Below the pieces are notes generated by a model. That model was not told the origin of the DNA. It saw nothing but the letters and a program-made list of their open reading frames with translations, and did not search any database. A stretch of 47,425 nucleotides of DNA from Octopus sinensis (taxonomy: Eukaryota): positions 1-47,425 of the forward strand of contig NW_021835444.1 in assembly GCF_006345805.1 (NCBI RefSeq). Direction: 5' to 3'. Positions 1 to 12,260 of the stretch are shown in pieces (position 1 is the first letter of the stretch; each line of letters begins with the position of its first letter). The position numbers and the translations under genes were made by a program.

Positions 1-759
1 ATTAAAAATAGTTCAACTATGATTATGATATCCCTCTTATTTTGATAGAGTGTATCCCGGAATAAATATGATAAAGGACCTGAGATCCGAAACGTCGATA
101 TCTCATCATTCTTTATGCTGTGAAACTGACTGTGTACTTAAGTCTTTTCGTTCCTCCGTGATATTTTATTATTATTTTCTCTCATTACTTAGAGTTTGTG
201 CGCATAGAGACGAACACGTTATACCAGTAATATATAATATCGATTGAAAAGTATTCATGAAGATTTACGAAAATTTGAACTCAGTTTAGGTTGTTCAGAA
301 AGACCAAACAAGGTATTCTAATTTACTAAGTCTCCTTCTCTAATCTCTAATTTTTTTCTTTGGCGGAAAATACTACAACGTAAATCAATACGGCTTGAAC
401 ACATACCACTGTAAATGTGCGGTTACAAAAACCATTACATTTCAGCTGCTTCTGAGGTGTTCTTGCACTATTATTTCTGGAAGCAAATCAGTATATACCT
501 TAAAGTAGAACATGATAAATACGGGGTATATATATGAGGTACGCTTTGTACTAACCGTAATAAAAATCAATAATTGCACAAGTCAACTATGTTTCACATG
601 TTAGGCAATGGTTCTCTCAAATATATATTATTAGGTTTTATTTCTGTTTTCTCTGTTCCACCATCACGTCATCTCATTTTTCTCCTTTCTCTAACCTGAT
701 CTTTCTGTTATATTTGGTTTCTGCTCAACCAGATCGATATTTACCCCTAATCGTATTTA

Positions 760-1210
760 ATATACACCAATTCCGGATGAAATTCCATTTGACTCTTTCT
801 GTCGAATAATTTGCGCCCTTTGTCCTCTCGATATAAATTTGTATACATTATTAGACCGACCAACTTGTAACACCATATCAATGTGATTCTTACTCAACGG
901 CCGCTCGTATCGATATATCGAATGGTGTAACACTTGTTCACTTGTATGTCGTTTATAACCAGCCATCTCATTCAATAAACCTCGTATTTTAGCTAACCCT
1001 GCCACGATAAAACCTAATGCTGACATGAACAATTCCAAAACTAATTATTCCTAACTTGATAATAAACATTCAACAACACATTTGTACCTTCATGTTTTAG
1101 CGTTAGTGACATATCATTACCAAAGATGGCCGAATATATTACACGTCATAATAACAAATTAAATCTTGGCGGCATCGATAAAGCATCGGAAGAATATATT
1201 CTAGTAAATT
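760..1210 (+). pseudogene. Possible highly decayed Penelope-like RT C-terminal (thumb) fragment
   Basis: Manual + strand translation across stops and frameshifts gives PDEIPF.., CSLVCRLYPAIS, NYS*LD and YITRHN, in the order expected for PLE motifs (EIPFLD, FNLARRICTIVS, NYP..LID, YVSTHN). Similarity is weak and judged by eye. Confidence 0.25.
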
Positions 1211-1388
1211 GTTAAACTCTGATTCACTTAGTGCAATGAGCGTTTTACATACTGGATAAAAATATGGCTGCATTATCTGGAATTACGATGTAACACGTTA
1301 GGGGTATGAATGTTAAAAAAAACAATACATACATAATATATATATTATATATATAATATATATTATATTATATATATATATATATACA

Positions 1389-1640
1389 GGAGTGGCTGTG
1401 TGGTATGTAGTATGCTTACCAGCCACATCGTTCCGCGTTCAGCCCCACTGCGTAGTACCTTGGGCAAGTGTCTTCTACTATAGCCTCGGGCCAGCCAATG
1501 CCTTGTGAGTGGATTTGGTAGAAGGAAACATATACATATATATGTGTATACAGGTATATGTGTGCATATGTTTGTGCGTTTGTCCCCCCACCATCGCTTG
1601 ACAACCGATGTTGGTGTGTTTACGTCCCCGTAACCTAGCG
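1389..1640 (+). mobile_element. SINE family 1 (tRNA head + CORE-like domain), 3'-truncated
   Basis: GGAGTGGCTGTGTGG A-box-like head, GTTCAGCCCC B-box-like motif and CCTTGGGCAAGTGTCTT CORE-like segment; matches many other copies in the window. Confidence 0.9.
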
Positions 1641-1772
1641 AAAATGCGACGAATGCAAAATGCGAAAATGCGAGGAATATTAATGCAGTATATGGGGATC
1701 AGACAATCAGCGTAAGCCAGTGTGAACCGTGCTTCCAGAAAATTCCAGCCGGGAACTACAGCCTACAAGATC

Positions 1773-1774
<2 letters not shown>

Positions 1775-1804
<30 letters not shown>

Positions 1805-1985
1805 TGTATGTATGTATGTATGTATGTATGTATGTAGGTATGTATGTAGGTATGTATGTAGGTATGTATGTATATATATATATATATATACGTGCACACA
1901 CACACACATACACACATATATATATACATATATATATATATATGCATACACATATATATATACATACATACATACACACACGCAT
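1775..1985. repeat. (ATGT)n / (TA)n / (CA)n compound microsatellite
   Basis: Directly visible; explains the overlapping low-complexity ORFs at 1707-2015. Confidence 0.95.
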
Positions 1986-2976
1986 ATGTATATATATTTG
2001 ACCGCTAGCTACTAAAGTTTCTTTTTATATTCTCTCTTTGTTTATTTTCTGGTATTCCTTTCTATTTGGAACTAATACCCGCGATAATCGAGGGAGTATT
2101 GTGTACATGGCTATTCTGACTTCGCTGTTCTCATCCTGAAGTGAAGCATACCCATATTGAACCATCTGTTCTTATATTCAAATAGCATATGATCGTGCTG
2201 AAATCGCTATAACTTCGAACCGACGGGAACTGAAGAACAGTTACTCTCGCATAATCGCTTGATTCCAAATTTTATCACTCTAAATTTAACCATTCCTCTT
2301 TGAAGTGAATTTGAATTGCAAATATTATAAGAGTTTCGAATAAGCAGCCACCCAATAATGAAATACAAGAATTTTAACAATATAGTATAAAGGCGTAGGA
2401 GAGAAGAGAGTGAGAAGACGAAACAAGTGCTACAAAAGGGTCAACGTGTGAATCCATGACAAAAATCGTATATTGAAGACGAGTACAAAAATAACGTTTA
2501 ATTAACGAAACTGAAGTAAATATGAAAAATTAATTCGTAGTAGCACTTCTAATTAGTTCAGCCTCTAACGTCTAGGAAGCTGAAGTACAAATGAGAAACT
2601 TGGAGATGAATAGTAAACGAATATATGAAATTATCGACATGCAGAACACTAGAATGTTTTGCAATTTATAACCGCTAAAATTATGCTTTCGCACGTGACA
2701 ATGTTCGCAGATATGCAGACACACACATACACAAACATGTCTCTGTATACACAGGCAAACATATGCGTGCATAGAAAGACAAGCATGCATAAATATATGA
2801 TGTGCGCATGTGTGGATTCGACAGAGGTATGTGCATATGTATATATCAATGTTCGAAGTAAGAGATGCCAAATACATGCGTGGGAATGTTTGTGAATGTT
2901 TGTATGTGTGTGTGTGTATAAGTTATATATGCATTGTACTACGTGGCCATTCGTATGTATATATATAGATGCCTAC

Positions 2977-3010
<34 letters not shown>

Positions 3011-3143
3011 ATAGATAAATAGATAGATATAAATAGGATATTACCTGATATAGTATATACATATGTACATATACATTATACGTATACATGTTTGTGTAAA
3101 TATATACATGTATACATGTAAGTATACGAATATATGCATATGC

Positions 3144-3199
<56 letters not shown>

Positions 3200-3270
3200 T
3201 TATGCTTTGATATAAAATCTACGTCTCTCTCCTGTTCGTCTGTCTATCTATCTATCAATTTATATATCTT

Positions 3271-3342
<72 letters not shown>

Positions 3343-4199
3343 TACAAGCCAACGTATGTATGTAAGCATATATATATGGTGGTTCAGACATGTAGCTGAA
3401 TACAAAACTTATTTAGTTTCGAAACGAAGAGTATATTTTCACTTTCTCCTCTCAAGTAAATAACAAAATAGATAAAAGAAAAAAGTATATACAAATAACA
3501 ACACAAACGGCTATTAATCGTAGTTAGATGAAAATTAATACAACTTTAAACGAAATACCAAAACAAAAAAATAACAAAACAAAAATAGACAAACCAAAAA
3601 TAACTAATACACGTCTTCGAAAAAAAAGAAACTCTCTTAAAATATACGATCGAAATAGATAAAAGAGATAGTTTAAAGACGTCGGAATTGAGGTAAAAGT
3701 GTTGAGAATAAAGGAACTTTGGACAATAAGGACCATTGTCTATGATAGAACTGTAATGATTTCAACTTATGTATAGTCAAAAGGTTGAGAAGACGAAGAA
3801 AGAATAAAAAATATATATATATTCATGTCTGTATTAGTGTACCATTAAAGATGCGTGACTCACCATAAGGCACTCGGATTTAATTGTTGCTTATATTCGG
3901 TGCTGTTATTATGATGTCGTTTATTGATGTTGTTCTTGATGTTGCTGTTATTGTTGGCGAGGGCGATGGTGTTTATGGTGGTGGTGGTGTTTTGGTGGTT
4001 GTTGTCTCCTTTGAAGAAACCATGGCATCCGTTAGTGTGTTATTTTTAATCGTAGGTATACTACCACGTCTAACGAATACCAAGCTTTGTTGTTTGTTGT
4101 CTTCAGGATTTTTTTAAAAGGTTAAGGACTGCTATTATCACCGCCATTGTGTATCTCTATGGCCGTTTGTGTTGCTCTGTGCGTGTATGCGTATGTATA

Positions 4200-4221
4200 T
4201 GCCATATATGTTTGCTATATG

Positions 4222-4255
<34 letters not shown>

Positions 4256-4592
4256 ATACATTATAGCATATATGCCATGAATATGTAAACCACGCTATAT
4301 ATATATAATATATATATCATGTATATATGTATATATATATATCAATGAATGTCTACATACATGTATACGCCAAATATATATATATATATGTATACCTGCA
4401 TATATATATATATGTGCATATATCTATATATGTATACACAGATATATATATATATATATATATACATATATATGTATACATGAATATATGCATATATATA
4501 TATCTGTATATATATATATGCATATATCTATATATGTATACACAAATATATATATATATATATACATAATATGTATACATATATATATGGCA

Positions 4593-4683
<91 letters not shown>

Positions 4684-4921
4684 GTGGTTACTTTTGCAGT
4701 GTTTGAGGGTGATATTCGCCATTTAAACTCCACACAAACGCTATTATGTTCACTCTCCATTTATTTATGAATAGCATTGTCTGCTATGTACTGTCGAAAG
4801 TTTTACACGTACTTCCTCGGCATAGACACACAGTTCCGTTGCATACACCCCCCAAACAGCCTCATGCCTATATACATAAGCGTGGATATATATATATATA
4901 TATATATAATTATATATATAT

Positions 4922-4958
<37 letters not shown>

Positions 4959-4968
4959 ATATACATAT

Positions 4969-5015
<47 letters not shown>

Positions 5016-5019
5016 ACAC

Positions 5020-5056
<37 letters not shown>

Positions 5057-5171
5057 GATATGTACATATATTATATTTGTAAAATTGTATCTTACCGTTT
5101 TTATCATCATATATAATATATTACATATATATATCTATACATATATATATATATATCTATATATATATATC

Positions 5172-5204
<33 letters not shown>

Positions 5205-5290
5205 GCATAATATTCCAGCACATTCATACACACGAACACGCATACACATACACACACATTCATATATATATTTATATATACTTGTGTTAG
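4200..5290. repeat. Extended (TA)n-rich microsatellite fields
   Basis: Long imperfect TA/CA/TG runs with a short unique island at about 4680-4880. Similar fields occur at about 2.95-3.34, 7.8-9.5, 24.0-24.9, 27.6-28.1, 36.3-36.8, 40.9-44.3 and 46.5-46.7 kb. Confidence 0.95.
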
Positions 5291-6052
5291 TACATCTGTG
5301 TGTACAAAATTTTACGAAGTTGCTCAAATGCAACAGAAGCTATAAATAATGGCTCAATTGCTCATGGCGTGTCCAGTAAAAAAGCGTTTTCTATAGGCAA
5401 GAAGTGGTCGGAATCATACACATGAATTAATCGACGAGTCTACTGTTGACCCGACGATCATAACTCTGCTACTTCAGGGAAATTTGCCTACTTTTAACCG
5501 TGAAATTAAAAGATTTATTTCGATAACCAAAAAGAAAAAGGAATGCATTTTTATTTGACCGTATCTTATGTAGTGAAGAGAGGTGTTTGTGCTCATGAAG
5601 AGGCATTTATTGCTCTCACGAATACTAAATAGTGGTTTTGATCTCCGGGTCAGACGGCGTCTTGAGAGTTTTATGTAAAGCACTTCGTTTCTCGCTGATC
5701 GGCCTTCGCTACGATTATAATTTCTCTAACGTGTAGCACAATGTCGATTTGAGGGAGAGGAAGAGCTAATGCATTAATACGCATCACTGCGTATCAATCT
5801 TCTGTGCAGCTAGAGTTTTCGAAACACCTGTCTGTCGTTTACGACTGGTGATTCCATAGTTGTGAGTAAATTCCCGCCGATGCAGTTCAACCGAGTCATA
5901 TTGACCCACAGGGTCGGTTTCTCCGCGAAAATGGAGAGCTTAGCTCAAGAACTCATCGCGTCGACCGGTCCAGAAATCAAACTCACAAACTTACGTTTAA
6001 GAGTCCGATATCCTAATCATGAAGGTATTCTCGGATCCCATATATATATATA

Positions 6053-6261
6053 TACTCTTTTACTCTTTTACTTGTTTCAGTCATTTGACTGCGGCCATGC
6101 TGGAGCACCGCCTTTAGTCGAGCAAATCGACTTATTCTTTGTAAGCCCAGTACTTATTCTATCGGTCTCTTTTGCCGAACCGCTAGGTGACGGAGACCTA
6201 AACACACCAGCATCGGTTGTCAAGCAATGCTAGGGGGACAAACACAGACACACAAACATAT

Positions 6262-6292
<31 letters not shown>

Positions 6293-6454
6293 CGACAGGC
6301 TTCTTTCAGTTTGCATCTACCAAATCCACTCACAAGGCTTTGGTCGGCCCGAGGCTATAGCAGAAGACACTTGCCCAAGATGCCTCCAGTGGGACTGAAC
6401 CCGGAACCATGTGGTTGGTTAGCAAGCTACTTACCACACAGCCACTCCTGCGCC
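6053..6454 (-). mobile_element. SINE family 1, full length
   Basis: The reverse complement reads from the GGCGCAGGAGTGGCTGTGTGG head through the internal TA/CA microsatellite to the ...CAGTCAAATGACTGAAACAAGTAAAAGAGT tail. Confidence 0.95.
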
Positions 6455-6478
6455 TATTAAATATATACATATATATAA

Positions 6479-6521
<43 letters not shown>

Positions 6522-6587
6522 TGGTCCCGGGTTGAGTCGGGGTTAACCACAGTAAATATGGTACTCAATACAGAGCAGAGTAAATTA

Positions 6588-6679
6588 ATTTATTTTATAG
6601 AAGGAGCTTCTACAGGACTAGAACTGTTTCATTCAAATGAAATCATCAGGAAGCTTGCTCTCAAAATAACTTCTGTCAT
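6588..6679 (-). repeat. Left arm of a ~91-bp inverted repeat (partner 7038-7127)
   Basis: 6588-6649 is the exact reverse complement of 7066-7127 (62 nt). The inner ~30 nt differ by 3 substitutions and 2 single-nt indels. Confidence 0.95.
6605..6655 (-). ncRNA. Type I hammerhead ribozyme motif (PLE-type), helices I and III intact
   Basis: Minus strand: AGCTTC CTGATGA T-TTC-ATTT-GAA-T GAA ACAG TTCTAGTC CTGT A GAAGCT. Helix I is AGCTTC/GAAGCT (6 bp), the core is CUGAUGA...GAAA, helix III is ACAG/CTGT and the cleavage triplet is GUA. Helix II is 3 bp closed by a non-canonical U.U instead of G10.1-C11.1. Confidence 0.75.
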
Positions 6680-7037
6680 GCTAGTGTATTTATATGTATG
6701 TATGTGTGTGTCTGTATGTATATACATGGGCATATGTATATGTATGTGTATGGATATTCGTATGTGTATATATGTGGGTTTGTATGTATATTTATTTTAT
6801 ATGTTCTTTTATGTAAACTTATCTACTTCTTCCCTCCACTTAATAACAGCAACAACAAACTGACTAAAAGCGATAGTCTTCTAATTTACCTAAAACTCTA
6901 TTCAATTATTCTATTTATTCATTTATTTACTTTATCACTGATTCTTTTGACCACTCCCCTAAGAAAGACAGTTTGTGCCCTGCTTACCCAAAAAATGTCC
7001 CCCGCCACCACCCCATTAAATCTGCCTAAATGTATAA

Positions 7038-7127
7038 ATGCCAGAACTTATTTGACAGCAAGCTTCTGATGATTTCATTTGAATGAAACAGTTCTAGTCC
7101 TGTAGAAGCTCCTTCTATAAAATAAAT
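7038..7127 (+). repeat. Right arm of the inverted repeat
   Basis: Reverse complement of 6588-6679; followed immediately by (TA)n. Confidence 0.95.
7061..7110 (+). ncRNA. Type I hammerhead ribozyme motif, second copy (1-nt deletion in helix I)
   Basis: AGCTT CTGATGA TTTCATTTGAAT GAAACAG TTCTAGTC CTGT A GAAGCT. Identical to the 6.6 kb copy except for one C missing before the core. Confidence 0.65.
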
Positions 7128-7148
7128 ATATGTATATATATATGTATC

Positions 7149-7222
<74 letters not shown>

Positions 7223-7229
7223 GTGGGTA

Positions 7230-7755
7230 TCTTAAATCAATAAGAAATATGACAAGGATATTTTTGAGGATCAACTACGCGGCGTGAGCACGTGGACAGA
7301 AACATTAGCTGTTCTCGGATGCCTTTCATCTCTCATATTACATAACAATCATCGCTAATGGCAGCTACTTGTCGCTGATGCACAAGAAAGTAAAGTTCTT
7401 GATCTGTGGGTTACTTCCTGATAATTTTCCTTCAATTATGCTGATGACGAACATCTTAAATGATATATTGGCTTTGTCTATTAATTCCTAAGTCTTGTAG
7501 AGGTTTTAAGAAATGGTTCGGTTTCGACATTAAAAAGGAATTTTGAGGAGAATTTTCTGTTGTCCGTGTAACTTTACAATTTTTTGATTTTAGATTGTTT
7601 TGTTTCATGTACTTTAGTGCCGGCATGAATGTCTGGTCATCTTTGTTTTGCAACTACTTGGTCCTTGGGTTCAGCCACACACGGCACTCCCTTTTGTGAA
7701 TGTCTTCTAGTATGGCCATGGTAATTTGGAAGAAGGTAAATTTTTGAAAGCCTCA
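7230..7755 (-). pseudogene. Decayed Penelope-like reverse transcriptase fragment
   Basis: Minus-strand translation across stops and shifts gives KIYLLPNYH, R*PDIHAGTKVHET, TTENS..SF/NVET, LQDLGIN, IIEG and SDDCYVI* (DD at 7348-7353), collinear with PLE RT motifs (FYxLPKIH, RPIIAG..CET, SFDVES, HDLGIEA, FIxEG, YLDDCFIxW). Judged by eye. Confidence 0.5.
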
Positions 7756-7763
7756 CGTGTATA

Positions 7764-7795
<32 letters not shown>

Positions 7796-7945
7796 ATATT
7801 TATATATATACAAACATACATGTATATATATATATATATAAATATGTGGGTGTGTTATAAATATATATATATACATAAACATATTTGTATGTATATATAT
7901 ATATATACAGATATGTATATATATATATATATATAAACATAATAA

Positions 7946-8002
<57 letters not shown>

Positions 8003-8252
8003 TAAAAACAACAACAACACAACAGCAATAATCGCCAGCAAAAAGAGAAAAAAAAACAAAATATCTTGTTTACCCTTGGAGATTTCAATTTGGTTGTATG
8101 TCTAAACGATTTTGTTCATCAGTGTAGAAAATAGCAGGCAGAAGCCAAAAGCCAGCACTTCGTTAATATTCAATTCACTTAGCTAACCCACTCCAGCCTC
8201 TCCACAACGCCCACCCCTCCGTATACAAATATGTCGCGTGTTGAAGGGCGTG

Positions 8253-8290
<38 letters not shown>

Positions 8291-8512
8291 TTTGTGTGAT
8301 GGAGTGTAACTTGAATTGTATCGGTAAGATCGCCGTCAGATACATACAGAGACACTCATATACACATATATAATTAATATATGTATATATATCAATACAC
8401 AAACACATAAGTAAATAGGTATATCTATATGTATGTGTGTGTGTGCGTGTCTAAATACATACATAAACACTCGACCGCGTATACTCTCACTAACACGGTC
8501 ACATGAGCACGC

Positions 8513-8543
<31 letters not shown>

Positions 8544-8770
8544 GATATATATGCATATATAATATGATATATATATATATGCATATATATATGTATATAT
8601 ATCTATATACATATATATGCATATATAAGTATATATATGTATGTATACAGAACCATACAAATATCTCTAATTATTATACATATATACACATACTGACATA
8701 TGTATTTAATATATGTAAATATGTATATGTGTATTTACATATGTTGACATATACACATGAATATAAATAA

Positions 8771-8804
<34 letters not shown>

Positions 8805-9172
8805 GTTGTATGTATATATGTATGTATGAATGTGTGTGTCTGTGTTTCTGTGTTGATATATCGATTTAATCCCAAAATATAAGCTCACCTTCCCAGATCG
8901 CAGTTAATTTATATATAACACGATGTGACAAACACGCGCGGGCGCGCGCGCAAACGTACGGCCGAACACATAAGCGTTCCTACACAGAAAAGGTTATAGA
9001 CAAAATATTGAATATATTCGCTTTAACCCTTTATAAGTTCCCGTCTTTCAGTCCCATAAGCTATACCCACAAAGACATACGCGCACGCACAAACTTACAC
9101 CCATACACTCATATGTACATACATACATACATACATATATATATATATATGTATGCATATATATATATAATG

Positions 9173-9203
<31 letters not shown>

Positions 9204-9834
9204 GTATATGTATATATATATATATGGTATATATATGTATATAATTATATATATACATATATATATTATCTACACATTCATATATGTAACACACATACAT
9301 ATATACATATATATATATATATTTATATATATATATATGTATATAGTATATAATATATATATGTATAATATATATGTATATATGTGTATATATTATTATA
9401 CATATTAGATATATATATATATATAATATATATATATATGTGTGGTGTGTGGTGTGTGTGTGCGTGTACATACATATATATATATATATATGAACGTACC
9501 AACCCATATTCTCTACATGTGTCCAAACAGCATCCATACGGTAATCGCAACAACACAATTTTCGACAGAGTGCACAGACGTTTTTGGCTGAAATTTAATA
9601 AAACTAATGGGAACAGAATCCCAGTCGAAACCTCGAGCAATAAACGACATGAAAAGTGCAAACCCTAACGCACACCGGATATTAATGGGTACACTTCTTA
9701 CAAATTCGGCACTGTATTGCGTTAAGTCCAATTTTTCTGACACGAGAGCAATTGTAAAGATGTACAAAATTATTTTCATTCCTTCATATCAAAAGGATAT
9801 ATACTTTATTGAAAAGAAACGAAAACATCACCAA

Positions 9835-9880
9835 AAAACTGTTATTTAGAGTTTCACGTTTCCGTTCGTCGGACAGTTTT
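9835..9880 (-). ncRNA. Hammerhead-like motif with CCGACGA core variant
   Basis: Minus strand: AAAACTGT CCGACGA ACG-GAAA-CGT GAAA CTCTAAA TA ACAGTTTT. Helix I is a perfect 8 bp and helix II is 3 bp with a GAAA tetraloop; helix III is degenerate beyond the A-U pair. Confidence 0.55.
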
Positions 9881-9887
9881 GTTTATA

Positions 9888-9926
<39 letters not shown>

Positions 9927-10004
9927 AATATATATATATACACATTTAAATAGATATCTAGACACAGACACACAGACACATTTATGTATGCATATATATA
10001 TATA

Positions 10005-10137
10005 CTTTATTTAAAGCAGCAGAAAATTCAACAAGACCTGTTACTCTGATTTTCGCGTTGCAAAACTGTCCGATGAACGGCAACGCGAAACTCAGAGAGT
10101 AACAGGTTTTGTTGAATTTTCTGGTGCTTTAATAAAG
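10005..10137. repeat. Imperfect ~56-bp-arm hairpin (10005-10061 / 10080-10137)
   Basis: CTTTATTTAAAGCAGCAGAAAATTCAACAAGACCTGTTACTCTGATTTTCGCGTTGC is a near reverse complement of GCAACGCGAAACTCAGAGAGTAACAGGTTTTGTTGAATTTTCTGGTGCTTTAATAAAG. Confidence 0.9.
10061..10111 (+). ncRNA. Hammerhead-like motif with CCGATGA core variant
   Basis: CAAAACTGT CCGATGA A-CG-GCAA-CG-C GAA ACTC AGA GAGT A ACAG-G-TTTTG. Helix I is 9 bp with one bulge, helix III is ACTC/GAGT, the triplet is GUA and helix II has a GNRA loop. Confidence 0.6.
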
Positions 10138-11192
10138 CATTATTACTCTACCACTGGTATTTGAGTACTCCCCGTTTTTCCACCTTGTTTCACATTTATG
10201 TGTTTACTCCGGTAATATATATATATATTTATATATATATATATATAATATATATAGAATATTATATATATATATACTTATATATATATATATATTATAT
10301 ATAATATATATATTAATATATATTATATATATACTATATATATATATATATGCATATATATATATTTGGTTGTCCGCTGAATTTTCTCTAGAGAACATTC
10401 TTTTCTTTGTAGTTTGATCGTAGGTGATCTACTTCTAGCATACGGCTGACCACCTAGTGGTTTTGCCCTTTAAATATACATATATATATGTATATAAAAT
10501 ATTTAGAGATATGTGTATCTAAATACACGCATGATAATCCCGTCGACTCAACATAGATACGTTTATGTATGTAAGTATGTATACGTATGCATGTCTATCG
10601 GTGTGTATTCCCAAGCAATGTTTGTGAATTTAGAATCGGAAAACTCATATCACCTTTATATCACCTACGTCTCCATCAATATCGTCCTCCTCCTCCTCCT
10701 CGGCCTCCTCCTCATCATCATCAATAACGTCATCATCCTTCCATGTGTCATTCTATATCAAATAGATTCTTTTGATTTAATTGTAAATTGTGAAATACGA
10801 ATCTTCCTATCTATCATTCTGTCACTTCCATCTATCTATAAACGTCTGTATGTGTCTCACTCCTACCTTTTTCATTTGCAATTTGCTATATAAATATATG
10901 TACATATATATAATATATATTATATTATATATATGTATATATATATTTGTATATATATATATATGGACATACAATAATAATATAATTCACTATACGACGA
11001 TAATATAAGGTAATATGATATAACATATGTATATATATATATATGGGCAAAATCTATTTTTAATTTTCAGAATTATATATCGATACACATATACATATAT
11101 CGATTTTCAACTGTAAAATTATACAATTATACATACACACTAATACTCGGGCATATATATATATATATATATATACTCTATATATATGTATG

Positions 11193-11242
<50 letters not shown>

Positions 11243-11987
11243 TGCACGTTCATACATATGTAAATATAATATATATATGTGTGTAAATATATATACGTAT
11301 ATATTTATATATCAATATATATATATATATATATTTATATATGCGTATGAGGCGAAATTATTACCAAACACCCGCACAAATAATAATCAATAACGAAAAC
11401 ATAACAAAACGTATTTAGAGAACAAAAAAGTACATAAAACATAAAACTGAATTGAGTAACATAACAATGGCGGTAGAGAAATTATAAAAAAATATACCGA
11501 AAACAAAATAGTTTTTTTTTTTAATGTTTACGTCTAGTTTTTCTCTTTTTTTTTTTACTTTTTAATATATTTTCGTTGTAAATTTTTTTTAGCCACCCGA
11601 ATGTTTCGCAAAATGTTTGTGCATATCCTAATTTTTGCTTCTTGGTTATTGTTCAGACAGCAAAGCAGTGAAGCGTTGAATTTTTTGCACAAGACACAAT
11701 CCGAACAGAACAACAGAGCAAAACTGTTGCTACGAAGCGACGAGACATTGTCTCAATGCACGCGATTCTGAACTTGCTAGAAATAGCAAACAAATCTGCC
11801 CGAAGTTATATCATCATGTTCTTTATTATAAAATCGAAGAAAATAATCAAATACATCTCAGACAAATTTGGATGAAAATAGATGATAATAGTTAGAATGA
11901 ATCGAAATTGATCAGATTTCGCCTTTAGGGCGACAACTTCGACGATAACAAAAACAACATCGACAGTAAATTCTCGGCTGGTATGTC

Positions 11988-12140
11988 AGGGTGTGGTTAA
12001 GCCGCCCGCATTGTAACTATTTCGGGTTCCGTTCCACACAGGCAACTTGGGTCTGTATCTTTGAATGTAGGCACAGGTCAATCAATATCCAGTGCAGGAA
12101 TTTCGTTGGCATAAGCTGTGAGGAACGATGTCGAATACAT
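11988..12140 (+). mobile_element. Old, degenerate SINE family 1-related head fragment
   Basis: GGTGTGGTTAAG...TTCGGGTTCCGTTCCAC...CAACTTGGG resembles the tRNA head and CORE-like segment, with many substitutions. Confidence 0.5.
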
Positions 12141-12227
12141 ACATACATACATACATACACACACATTTATGTATGTATATATATATATTTATGTATAGAC
12201 ACATATATATATATATGTATATATATG

Positions 12228-12260
<33 letters not shown>

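Noticed and set aside
1389-1470. tRNA-like A/B boxes in SINE heads
   Set aside because: No complete cloverleaf, and they continue into SINE bodies, so they are not tRNA genes.
3845-4100. Possible minus-strand exon ending at a GTGAGT donor
   Set aside because: Low-complexity N/T-rich frame with an in-frame stop just upstream and no clear acceptor.
5862-6233. 123-aa ORF, and similar ..FDCGHAGAPPL.. ORFs at 11991 and 16504
   Set aside because: The shared peptide is the antisense translation of the SINE family 1 tail, not a protein family.
8933-8950. Short CG-rich run CACGCGCGGGCGCGCGCG
   Set aside because: Too short for a CpG island; probably a (CA)n to (CG)n microsatellite derivative.
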